NCBI GenBank assembly: GCA_049971805.1 | Contig: JBMFKU010000002.1 | Coordinates: forward strand, 32,001 to 96,000 | Direction: 5' to 3' | Length of the DNA stretch: 64,000 nucleotides | Source: Caldisphaera sp. | Lineage (GTDB): Archaea; Thermoproteota; Thermoprotei_A; Sulfolobales; Acidilobaceae | In this document: one piece after another, positions 20,034-31,254 of the stretch | Layout: every line of letters begins with the position of its first letter | Numbering within the stretch: the first letter of the stretch is position 1 | Notes under the pieces: generated by a model | The model's input: the letters and a program-made list of their open reading frames with translations, nothing else | What the model was told of the DNA's origin: nothing | The model's database searches: none | Translations under genes and position numbers: made by a program

Positions 20034-20292
20034 TTAAAAGAATCAAGCGATTATTCGAGGCTTTATGCATCTTGCTTCATCTTTTTAGGTCACATATTAA
20101 TTCCTTATACCTTATTAACTCATGTGTTATACTAATTTATTTAAAAAATAAGAGCCCATTATCGTCAAAATACATTTAAATTTACCATGAACACAATAAA
20201 TTAAAGTGTGAAATTTTTTTCTTTCTATGAAACAAAAGAGTTTTAATATAGATAACATTTATTTAAGTTAATAAAATAATTATAGTTTTGAT

Positions 20293-20377
20293 GCGGGGGT
20301 GCCCGAGCCTGGCCAAAGGGGACGGGCCCAGAACCCGTTGGTGTAGGCCTGCGTGGGTTCAAACCCCACCCCCCGCA
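20293..20377 (+). tRNA. tRNA-Leu(CAG), atypical anticodon loop (C33, A37)
   Basis: GCGGGGG/CCCCCGC, A73, long variable arm, ACGGG-CC CAG AA-CCCGT. Confidence 0.88.
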
Positions 20378-20548
20378 CTTAATAAAAATATTTAATTTTA
20401 AATAATAAATTACTTTTATAATGATGTAGGCTCATAAAAAACCAATAATTTTTACTTAATTTTAAATAATAAATAAAATTTCTAGGTAGAGCTTAAATAT
20501 AAGGCCTATCCAGTGTATCTTTAGAAATAAAAAAGCGGTGCAAAGAGC

Positions 20549-22530
<1,982 letters not shown>

Positions 22531-22659
22531 TTTCCTTATTAGTTCTTAAAACATTTTCCTTAAAGGTTCAGGATTATAAATATTCTCTTTATAAAGATAT
22601 ATTCAACTTAATTTGACAGATTTATTAATTCCCATAAGTATACAACTCAGGGTGCAAAC

Positions 22660-23430
22660 ATGACTTACCATGAAACCGTTACAAGCGAAAAAAAGAAGAT
22701 GTGCTATTGGATATATATAAATAGACCTGAAAAGTTAAATGCATTAGATACTAGAACAACTGCTAAACTAATAGATGAGCTTAAAAAAGGTTGTAGCTCT
22801 GATAGCATAGCCATTGTATTAACAGGAAAGGGCAGATCTTTTAGTACAGGCGATGATATTGAAAACATGCTTAAACTCAACTCTAAAGAAGAAGCTGTAA
22901 ACTTTTTTAATGGCATCAAACAAACAATAAATTTAATTATATCTTGCCCTAAACCAGTAATAGCGCTTGTTAATGGATTGGCTGTTGGAAGGGGGGCAGA
23001 GATATTGTTAGCAGCAGATATTGTTATAGCAGCAGAAAATTCATGGTTTAGTTACCCAGAAATTAGCCTAGGAGTTATTCCATCAGTATTAATTAGTAAT
23101 GGGCCACATGTATTTGGATTTAGAAGAAGTAAATATCTTGCTATTACAGGTACGAGATTTTCAGCTCAAGATGCAAAATTAATGGGTTTAGTTGATGAAG
23201 TAGTCCCACAATCAGATTTGGAAAAGGAAGCAATAAACATTACTGATATTTTATCTAATTATCCCCCAGAATCTATTAAAGCTATTAAAGAAACTATAAC
23301 AAAACTCTATTGGAAGGATATAGAATATGCTATAGATCAATTAACCAATTTAGTTATTACTAAAGAAGCAAAAAATAGGATGAAAAGTTTTGAATTTCAT
23401 AAACTTAGGCCAATTAGAAATAGCCATTAA
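22660..23430 (+). CDS. Enoyl-CoA hydratase/isomerase family protein
   Basis: NRPEKLNAL, FSTGDD, PKPVIALVNG, PEISLGVIP. Confidence 0.88.
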   Translation: MTYHETVTSEKKKMCYWIYINRPEKLNALDTRTTAKLIDELKKGCSSDSIAIVLTGKGRSFSTGDDIENMLKLNSKEEAVNFFNGIKQTINLIISCPKPVIALVNGLAVGRGAEILLAADIVIAAENSWFSYPEISLGVIPSVLISNGPHVFGFRRSKYLAITGTRFSAQDAKLMGLVDEVVPQSDLEKEAINITDILSNYPPESIKAIKETITKLYWKDIEYAIDQLTNLVITKEAKNRMKSFEFHKLRPIRNSH

Positions 23431-23511
23431 ATATAAATAAAAACTTAATTTATAGTTTTGATAGTTATATCAACTAGAAATTAAAACCCTGTTTATAATT
23501 ATAAGAAATGT

Positions 23512-23597
23512 GCCGGGGTGCCCGAGCGGTCCAAGGGGACGGGCTTGAGACCCGTTGTCCCATGCGGGACGCGTGGGTTCAAATCCCACCCCCGGCG
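23512..23597 (+). tRNA. tRNA-Ser(TGA)
   Basis: GCCGGGG/CCCCGGC, G73, ACGGG-CT TGA GA-CCCGT, long variable arm GTCCC/GGGAC. Confidence 0.96.
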
Positions 23598-24686
23598 CTC
23601 CCGTCCCCTTTCTTAAACTTACCAGAACTTTTCCATTCCCTAGGATATAGCCCTTTTTCCAGAACTATTCTAAATGGTTGAACAGCTAATCCTTTTTCTT
23701 GCTTTTTTATTTCTTCTGAAGACATCAAGCTTTTGCCGATCCCTATCAATTCACCCTTTAACGTTAACATAGCTACTATATCATTTTTTCTTAAATTTTC
23801 ACTGTAGTAAGAAATACCAGGAATAGCTAAAGGAGATCCATGAGCTATGCTTTCTACGGCGCTGTCTCTAAGAATAACCTTCGGTAAACTACAAACACTA
23901 AACTCGCCAGGAATTATTACCTTTCTAATAAGATTTTCTTTTCCTTTTTCTCTAAGTTCATAAATTGCTTCAGAAATGTCATACATTGTTACCAGGCTCT
24001 TCTCTTCGCTAAAAGGACCAGTTTTAATTCTTCTAAGCTCTCTCATGTGAGCACCTGTTCCAAGAACCAAGCCTATATCCCAACACAATTTTCTCATATA
24101 TGTACCAGCTTCAGATTCTATTGTTAAAAGCACCTTTCTATCTACAACTTCATTTAAATCTATTCTATAAATAATTTTTTTCCTTAGAGTCCTTTTTACA
24201 TGGCTCCTAATGGGCGGTCTCTGATAAATTATTCCTTGAAATTCTCTTAATACAGACTTCAAGTTACTAATATCTGTATCTTTATGCAATTGCATTATGC
24301 AAACATAGGCTTTCTTTGAATGAGTTACAACACCTATAATCTTTGTCATTGAACCTAATGCTATTGGTAATACTCCAGTAACTCTAGGGTTTCCCCGCAC
24401 TTGCCATTTAAGGCAAGAGCTCTAGGGTTCCTCCATGGCCAGCTCTTTGTATACCAATAATCTTTTTAATCCAAGCAACTACCTCATGACTTGTTGGCCC
24501 AGGTGGTTTATCCAAGTTAATAACACCATAGTTTAAATATTTTTGTAATGGCCTTTCGTAAGGTATATAACCGTAATCTTGGTTTGTTTCTTCAGGAATC
24601 TTTTCCAATAATTTTTCTTTGTTATTGCAAAAATCATTTATAGATTTGATAAAATCTATTCCTTTTTTGCTAACCATATTACTCAA
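23579..24686 (-). CDS. cbf5: H/ACA pseudouridine synthase Cbf5, two exons joined by removal of a 31-nt intron (about 24391-24421)
   Basis: Exon 1 ends DKPPGPTSHEVV..GHGGTL; exon 2 resumes PRVTGVLP, GTYMRKLC, PUA domain; splicing restores GHGGTLDPRVTGVLP. Confidence 0.93.
24391..24421 (-). other. Archaeal mRNA intron in cbf5 with bulge-helix-bulge-like boundary
   Basis: CCCU/GGGG central helix, bulges AGA and AAA, intron hairpin GCUCUUGCC/GGCAAGUGC; contains in-frame UAA. Confidence 0.88.
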
Positions 24687-24726
24687 AATATCTCACCAAA
24701 TTGATTATATAAGAAAAATAACGATT

Positions 24727-25029
24727 TTAAGCTGTTATAGTTTTTTCTACTTTTTTAACAAAATCTAAGAAATTTTGCTCTTGTAAAGCTTTAGCTACTT
24801 CTTCATCCGAAGCTCCTTTATTTATGTTTAATTTATGCTCAGTTGGAATTAAGTGTTTAATATTAACCCTTCTTCTTTTAACTCCAGTAATATTTTTAGG
24901 ACCTGTGACCAATACAAAGCTTTGATCTATTATATCTACAATTACGCACTTTCTTCCGTTTTCTTTTCCGCTGGACTTAATACATATCCTGCCTATTTCA
25001 ATAGCAGGCAAACTGCTCACCCAAATCAC
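24727..25029 (-). CDS. rpl14e: 50S ribosomal protein L14e (probable start TTG at LPAIEIGR)
   Basis: IEIGRIC, GRKCVIVDIID, LVTGPK..GVKRRRVNIKHL. Confidence 0.95.
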   Translation of the reverse strand: MIWVSSLPAIEIGRICIKSSGKENGRKCVIVDIIDQSFVLVTGPKNITGVKRRRVNIKHLIPTEHKLNINKGASDEEVAKALQEQNFLDFVKKVEKTITA

Positions 25030-25083
25030 TATTAAGCATTAAACAATAAAAGTTTGACTCTTTCAGCTATAAAAATAAATAAT

Positions 25084-25809
25084 TTAAAATTTATTCTGGA
25101 ATTTTTCTTTTCTTAATTCATCAGCCTTTATCTGCTCTTCTCCTAAGATGAAATATCTTCCACTTTCTCTATATTCTTGTTTCCATATTGGCGCCTCATG
25201 CTTTACTTCATCTACTATTTTTTCTAACCCTGGAAAGACATTTTTTCTTGATTCTCCAGAAACAGCAACTATCATAGTTAAATCACCAGGCATCCTTTGA
25301 CCAACATAATGATATATTATAACCGAATCTAAACCAAACTCCTTTATTCCATTAAATGCTATTTCTTTAAGCTTACTTTCTATTAATTCCTGTGAATGCT
25401 CGTAAACTAACTTATTCACATTTTCCCCTTTATTTATTCCCCTAACAACTCCTATAAAAAGAGCAATAGCTCCAACATTTTTATTATTATAGATATCTTT
25501 AACTAATTCATTTAAGTCTATATGCTCATCGGTTAAAACCTTTATATCAACCAATCCTCCTGAAGAAGAAGGCAAAATAAATATCTCTTTTACATTACTA
25601 GGTATTTTATCTTTAAACGAAAGTACTTTACCATCAGCTATAATCCTTAAAGAATCCTTCATTTCAAATAGTATTTTATCAAGATTATATTTTGATAATT
25701 TGCTTAAAAAATCTTCAACTGTTAAATCACTATCTATATTAATTAATATCTCTTGGGAACCTGCAATTTCTCTTAAAATAGAATATAACTTGATTTTAAT
25801 AACGCTCAT
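25084..25809 (-). CDS. moaE: MoaD-MoaE fusion (molybdopterin synthase)
   Basis: Ubiquitin-like N-terminus ending LPSSSGG, then GAIALFIGVVR and KHEAPIWKQE. Confidence 0.88.
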   Translation of the reverse strand: MSVIKIKLYSILREIAGSQEILINIDSDLTVEDFLSKLSKYNLDKILFEMKDSLRIIADGKVLSFKDKIPSNVKEIFILPSSSGGLVDIKVLTDEHIDLNELVKDIYNNKNVGAIALFIGVVRGINKGENVNKLVYEHSQELIESKLKEIAFNGIKEFGLDSVIIYHYVGQRMPGDLTMIVAVSGESRKNVFPGLEKIVDEVKHEAPIWKQEYRESGRYFILGEEQIKADELRKEKFQNKF

Positions 25810-26051
25810 GCAATCACCTTTTTATTCTTTTTTTCTTTTTCCTCTAGTTTCTTTTCAAAATCCTTTATAACATCTTTTATACTGCTTTCTAAACACGATG
25901 CCTCAGGTCTTTCAATAAGCATTTTAAAAAAAGATGATGCACATTTATTACTATGAAATGTTAATTTTATAGATCCCCTTTGCATTACTATACCTTGACC
26001 TTCTGTAAACTCCTTTCCGCAAACAATACACCTATATTTTTGCCTTACCAT
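25806..26051 (-). CDS. Small TRASH/L24e-like Cys protein
   Basis: CIVCGKEF.EGQGI...FHSNKC. Confidence 0.65.
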   Translation of the reverse strand: MVRQKYRCIVCGKEFTEGQGIVMQRGSIKLTFHSNKCASSFFKMLIERPEASCLESSIKDVIKDFEKKLEEKEKKNKKVIA

Positions 26052-26155
26052 GTTATATCTCCAGATTTCATTAGAAACGGAGAGTTAATAAGAACTGCTT
26101 GCTAACTACATTTAGGTTTGTAAAAAGCGGGTAATATTAGTCTGGTAGATGTAAT

Positions 26156-28996
26156 ATGGAAGAGATACAAGAAGAATCAGCTACAATAAAAATGCTTCAT
26201 CCAAGCATAAGAAAAATGATAGAAGAGAGAGGATGGAATAAATTAACCGAAATACAAGAAATATCTATGCCGTATGTTATGAAGGGATATAATACTTTGA
26301 TTATGGCTCCTACAGGAGAAGGAAAAACAGAAGCAGCTCTGTTACCAATAGTTTCTATCCTTCTTAACTCAAATCAAGAACCTATAGATGTGCTATACAT
26401 AACACCTATGAAGGCATTAATAAATGATATATATAAAAGAGTTTCTTGGTGGACAGAAAAATTAGGACTAAAGGTTTCAAAGAAACATGGAGATACTCCA
26501 GCAAGTGAAAGAAGTAAAAGAACTAAACAGGTTCCAAATATTTTGATAACAACTCCAGAAAGTTTAGAAATAGATTTGGATTGGTCGCCAAAATTTAGAC
26601 AATATTATAAAAATATTAAAGTTGTTATTGTAGATGAGCTTCATGAGCTATTAGGCTCTAAGAGAGGGGTTCAATTACTCTTACTTTTAGAAAGACTTAG
26701 ACATATGTCAAGGTATGATTTTCAAAGAATAGGCCTTTCTGCAACAATAGGCTCTCCAGAAAAAGCAATAAATCTGCTTAGCGGTAGTAGCGAAAGATCT
26801 AAAAGGATAACATCGGTTGATTTTTCAAAGGAATATAAATTTGAAGTCAAATACATAGATGAAAATTCAGAAGATCCTTGGAAAGAGGTAGCTAATGAAT
26901 TAACAAAAGAAATAGAAAAACCAAGCTTGGTATTTGTGAACAGCAGATATATAGCAGAGAGGGTTAAACATTCCTTAGAATCTATAGGGGCTAAGGATAT
27001 ATTTGTTCATCATTCAAGCGTATCAGCAGAGTTAAGAGAAGAGGCAGAAAGTAAACTAAAAAAAGGAGAGCTTTCTGCTATAGTTTGCACAAAAACATTG
27101 GAATTAGGAATTGATGTAGGATCGGTTAATAAGGTTATTCAAATAAGATCTCCTGGCAGGGTTTCAAATTTAATTCAAAGGGTCGGGAGAAGCGGCCATA
27201 TCTCTGGGGGCTTGTCTAGAGGAAGCATAATAGCAATAGGCCCTATAGATTTCGCTGAAGCTCTAACAGAAGCAAGCCTTGCAAAAAATGGTTATGTAGA
27301 AGATGAAGTAATTGAAGATGCACCTATAGATGTAATAGCAAAAGAAATAATAGGTTTCACATTAGGTGAAGGTCCATCTGATCCAAGCTTGATATATAAC
27401 ATATTGTCGAAGTCTCCTATATTTAAACTTGACAAAAAAAGGTACATCGAGTTATTAAAATATATGCAAAAAAATGGCGTTATAAAAGAAGAAAACGGAT
27501 TAATAATGCCAGGTAATACATTTTACAAAATATGGAAATTCAAATCAAAGGATCAAATGAGAGCATGGTGGTCAAGAAGTTTTTCAGAATTCTTTACAAC
27601 AATACCAGAAAAAGATGTATTCGTAGTAAAAAATGGTGACACTACAATTGGATATATTGATTCGTTATTTGTTTACAGAAACCTTAGGACAGGAGATACA
27701 ATAAGACTAGCTGGTAGCTCTTGGGAAATCAAAAGAATCGATGACATAAACAGCAAAATTGATGTAATTAAAGCAAGTGGGGAGGCAGAAATCCCATTAT
27801 GGAAAGGCGAGGGATCTAAGAGAAGTAAGGTTATATCTAAAAACTTTTTAAATATAATTACTGATAATGCATCTCTTAGTGTTCAAGGTGATAAAAATGG
27901 CTTGGAAATATTGCAAAAAATAGGAGCTATCTATAAAGAAAAGAAAATTGCGTTTGATGATAAAAAGGTAATATATGAGCATTACAATGATGAGCATATA
28001 TTTATTGCCCCACTAGGAAGTGGAGTTTCTGAAGCTATAGCAATAATAATGGTTAACTTGGCATCAAAGGTGGAAGGTCTAAATGTTTATTATAGACCAT
28101 CATTTTACGGCTTTAGCGTGTTCATTGGTGAATTAAATCCGTTTGAGCTGCTTAAAAATATTGATCCAGATTCAATAGAAACCCAGCTAAGAGAGGCTTT
28201 ACAAAAGAGCCCGTATCTGTATCAATCTCTCAGAGAAGCACAACTTCATCTAGGGAAAATAGGATCAATAGACGAGGAAAACGATGAATTTCTGATCAAT
28301 GAAATAAGCAAACAAGTACTAAATGAATACTTTGATATCAATGGTGTTAAAGAATTTTTGAAATTATTGAAACAAGGAAAAATAGAATTTTTAAATATAT
28401 CAGAAATGGAACCGACCCCTTTGGCGAGAGGCATATTAGAAGTTCCATCTGTTAGACCTTGGATTCAAGATCTAGCAATAAAAATAGGAAGATTACTTGA
28501 TAACACGGGTTTGACAATATTCGAAATAGCAGATATACTGGAACTAGCTGAAAAAACCATAGAAAATAAACTGAAAGATATGAGAAAGCCTGAATATGAT
28601 GAATTGAGAGTAGTAAGATTTATTGATGTTGACGAAGACGACTCCAGATGGACTTTACTTAAGTCATTAGAAAGCATAGTAAATTCTGATGAGTTCAAAA
28701 ATTATTTTACACCAAAAAGGATAAATGAACCAATGAGAGTACATATTAGAGTTTCACCACAGGCTAAATCAAAAGAATACATAATAACACCTAAGTTTTT
28801 GATGGAAAGTTGGAATGACATGGAAAAGTTATTACCTGAAGAAATATATGAAGTTAAAATAACTTCAGCATATGAATATGGGTCTAGAGAAGATAGTAAT
28901 ATATTGCATTATTTTGTAAATGCTAAGGCTCTTAAACTATTGCTCTTAAATGCAGCAACATATATTGAAAGGAAGCAAATAAGAAGATATTTTTAA
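26156..28996 (+). CDS. Lhr-family DEAD/DEAH-box helicase
   Basis: APTGEGKT, TTPESL, DELH, LSAT, LELGIDVG, QRVGRSGH. Confidence 0.9.
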   Translation: MEEIQEESATIKMLHPSIRKMIEERGWNKLTEIQEISMPYVMKGYNTLIMAPTGEGKTEAALLPIVSILLNSNQEPIDVLYITPMKALINDIYKRVSWWTEKLGLKVSKKHGDTPASERSKRTKQVPNILITTPESLEIDLDWSPKFRQYYKNIKVVIVDELHELLGSKRGVQLLLLLERLRHMSRYDFQRIGLSATIGSPEKAINLLSGSSERSKRITSVDFSKEYKFEVKYIDENSEDPWKEVANELTKEIEKPSLVFVNSRYIAERVKHSLESIGAKDIFVHHSSVSAELREEAESKLKKGELSAIVCTKTLELGIDVGSVNKVIQIRSPGRVSNLIQRVGRSGHISGGLSRGSIIAIGPIDFAEALTEASLAKNGYVEDEVIEDAPIDVIAKEIIGFTLGEGPSDPSLIYNILSKSPIFKLDKKRYIELLKYMQKNGVIKEENGLIMPGNTFYKIWKFKSKDQMRAWWSRSFSEFFTTIPEKDVFVVKNGDTTIGYIDSLFVYRNLRTGDTIRLAGSSWEIKRIDDINSKIDVIKASGEAEIPLWKGEGSKRSKVISKNFLNIITDNASLSVQGDKNGLEILQKIGAIYKEKKIAFDDKKVIYEHYNDEHIFIAPLGSGVSEAIAIIMVNLASKVEGLNVYYRPSFYGFSVFIGELNPFELLKNIDPDSIETQLREALQKSPYLYQSLREAQLHLGKIGSIDEENDEFLINEISKQVLNEYFDINGVKEFLKLLKQGKIEFLNISEMEPTPLARGILEVPSVRPWIQDLAIKIGRLLDNTGLTIFEIADILELAEKTIENKLKDMRKPEYDELRVVRFIDVDEDDSRWTLLKSLESIVNSDEFKNYFTPKRINEPMRVHIRVSPQAKSKEYIITPKFLMESWNDMEKLLPEEIYEVKITSAYEYGSREDSNILHYFVNAKALKLLLLNAATYIERKQIRRYF

Positions 28997-29044
28997 GTTA
29001 AGCTTAATTTTGTTTACCAAAATATAATATAATGGTGGTTAGAT

Positions 29045-29641
29045 TTGAACAGTGATTGTATAGACATAACTCAAAATCTATATTTTGCTACTGCCGTATT
29101 AAACAACAAAGGAGAGGAATGGAACTTAGCGAAAAATGAGCTAAAAAAAGTTATTGATATATCAGAACAATATTGCAGGAATAATGTTATTGATGTCAAT
29201 TTTATGTTACAAACTTCAAACGATATATTAATTTCAATCAAAAGCGATGATATTAATAAAACAATGGATTGCATATCTAAAATCAAAAATTATTTAAAGG
29301 CTAATTCTAAGCTGTATTCTATTAATAAAAATCTAATGCTTTCCCGATTATTACTATCAATATCTTTATTATTAATTTCATTTATTATATTAGTTTTTGC
29401 ATCAATTAATATATATCAATGGATTACAAATCTTATTGTAATGAGCGTATCAATGGCTTCTGCAATGCTTTCATATTATACCTATTCAAATGCCATATTA
29501 ATAATAGCTTCTATTATTGAAAATCTAAATATATATACAATCAACAATATTGAATTATTTGCTGGACAAACGTTAATAACCATATTTTCAATAATAAATT
29601 TATTTTTAAATAATTTAACAAAAAATTTAATAAAAACTTAA
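29045..29641 (+). CDS. Hypothetical membrane protein
   Basis: Soluble N-terminal half plus about 4 C-terminal TM segments; GGTGG SD. Confidence 0.65.
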   Translation: MNSDCIDITQNLYFATAVLNNKGEEWNLAKNELKKVIDISEQYCRNNVIDVNFMLQTSNDILISIKSDDINKTMDCISKIKNYLKANSKLYSINKNLMLSRLLLSISLLLISFIILVFASINIYQWITNLIVMSVSMASAMLSYYTYSNAILIIASIIENLNIYTINNIELFAGQTLITIFSIINLFLNNLTKNLIKT

Positions 29642-29848
29642 CTATACCTCACTTTCTGCACCCACACTTTGATTAATATTGTATAGCAAGTTATCCTCTG
29701 CTGGAAGCTCATTCCAAAGTTCTCTTTTTAATAATTCTCTTATTGCAATTCTTATAACCTCGCTTCTGCTTGAATATCTTTGTGCTTTAACCAATTCATC
29801 TACTCCTTTAACATATAAATCGGGCATCTTAACAGTTATCAACTTCAT
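29642..29848 (-). CDS. RHH regulator, aCcr1/CdrS-like
   Basis: MKLITVKMPDLYVKGVDELV..RYSSRSEVIRIAIRELLKRELW; GGTGA SD before ATG 29848. Confidence 0.8.
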   Translation of the reverse strand: MKLITVKMPDLYVKGVDELVKAQRYSSRSEVIRIAIRELLKRELWNELPAEDNLLYNINQSVGAESEV

Positions 29849-30189
29849 ACAAATCACCATAGAAAAGTTTATAAGCTCTAGTATTATAAAGGTAAAAACT
29901 AATTTCATGAGGCATTAAGCAAAAATCAGGTTATATTAAAATACATTGTGTAGCCAATTTCTGGCTTAGAGATATTTACTTTCAGTTAACAGCTATGCTG
30001 TATTTTGTAAAATTATTAAATCATAAAATTAACTAAAAATATTTCATGGAATCTAAAGATAATAAAGTAAAGAAAAACTAGTTTTATGCAGAAAAAGTTT
30101 TTAAAGATTTTAAGAAACAAGACATAAAGAGGCTTCTTTCAGGTAAACCTAAATTAGACAAGTAGTGGGATCAACTTTACTCTTATCTA

Positions 30190-30278
30190 AAAGAGAAATT
30201 TGAGTGGCATCTATTAAATGAGTGAAATCCTCAAGACCTCAGGAGTACTCTCACTCTTTAGGGTGAGTAGGAGGTCAG
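30190..30278 (+). mobile_element. IS200/IS605 right-end relic
   Basis: Subterminal hairpin CTCACTCT-TT-AGGGTGAG followed by GGAGGTCAG. Confidence 0.65.
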
Positions 30279-30319
30279 AAATTGCGAAACGTCTACCGAT
30301 ATATGGAGGAGATTAAGCT

Positions 30320-31249
30320 ATGACAAATGAAATTAAAATAACAACCGGAAGCAGATTGCATGCAGGTTTTTATTATGCTGGTAGCGAATGGAGCATTAAT
30401 TGGGGTTCGGCAGGTTTTTACATAGATAAGCCATCATTCGAAGCTTATTTTTCAATAGATAAAAAACAATTTGAAGGGCCAAATTATATAAAACAAATAA
30501 TTGATAAGGTTGCGAGTTTGCTAAACATAAGGGATTATAGTGTTAGGGTTTCTTCTTATATCCCAGAGCATATCGGCTTAGGCAGTACTACACAAATAAC
30601 ATTAGCTACTATTACTTGTTTTAAAATGCTTTATGGTTTAAATATAAATTCAAACGAAATAATCGATAAATTAGGAATCAACAAATATAGCGGAGTCGGA
30701 TCATTGCTATTCAACAAGGGAGGATTCATAGCTGATTCAGGTGTACCAGATAAGCATGGTCCAAGAGAACTCATAAGTTTGCGAATACCTGAGAAATGGA
30801 AATTTGTTTGGGTTTTGCCAAATAAGCCAAAGGGATTAGATGATGCAAAAGAAAGCATTATAATGAAAATCCCATGGAATGTCTCAGAAGGAGTTAAAGG
30901 ACTAATGTCAAACGGATTGCTTAGATTGGCATCTGGTATAGCAAGAGAAGATATAGAAGATACCCTAGAAGGTTTAAGAACTATTCAAGAAGGTACAGGA
31001 CTTTACTTTTCAAAGATACAGGGAGGGGTTTTTAGAAATGATCTGACTAAAATAGCAAGTGAGGCCTGGAGATCAAGAATGATATTAGCTCAATCAAGTT
31101 GGGGACCAATACTTTACACAATATCTAGAGAAGACGAAGCTGAAGGCGATGCAGATCTACTTAAATTCATCTTAAATGAGCTAAAAATTAAAGGTGAAGT
31201 ATTTATTAGCAATCCTAGAAATAAAGGTTATGAAATTGTAAAGAGCTGA
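30320..31249 (+). CDS. Beta-RFAP synthase-like GHMP kinase family protein
   Basis: GSRLHAG, PEHIGLGSTTQ, SGVG..GGFIADSG, QSSWGP. Confidence 0.85.
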   Translation: MTNEIKITTGSRLHAGFYYAGSEWSINWGSAGFYIDKPSFEAYFSIDKKQFEGPNYIKQIIDKVASLLNIRDYSVRVSSYIPEHIGLGSTTQITLATITCFKMLYGLNINSNEIIDKLGINKYSGVGSLLFNKGGFIADSGVPDKHGPRELISLRIPEKWKFVWVLPNKPKGLDDAKESIIMKIPWNVSEGVKGLMSNGLLRLASGIAREDIEDTLEGLRTIQEGTGLYFSKIQGGVFRNDLTKIASEAWRSRMILAQSSWGPILYTISREDEAEGDADLLKFILNELKIKGEVFISNPRNKGYEIVKS

Positions 31250-31254
31250 TTTAA

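Noticed and set aside
23579-24400. ORF-track 273-aa protein starting at GTG 24400 as a separate gene
   Set aside because: The GTG lies inside the cbf5 intron; this ORF is exon 2.
24382-24429. 10-nt direct repeat CTCTAGGGTT flanking the cbf5 intron as a target-site duplication
   Set aside because: The period is 38 nt, not 31, and the repeat follows from the exon sequence ACCCTAG-ACCCTAG.
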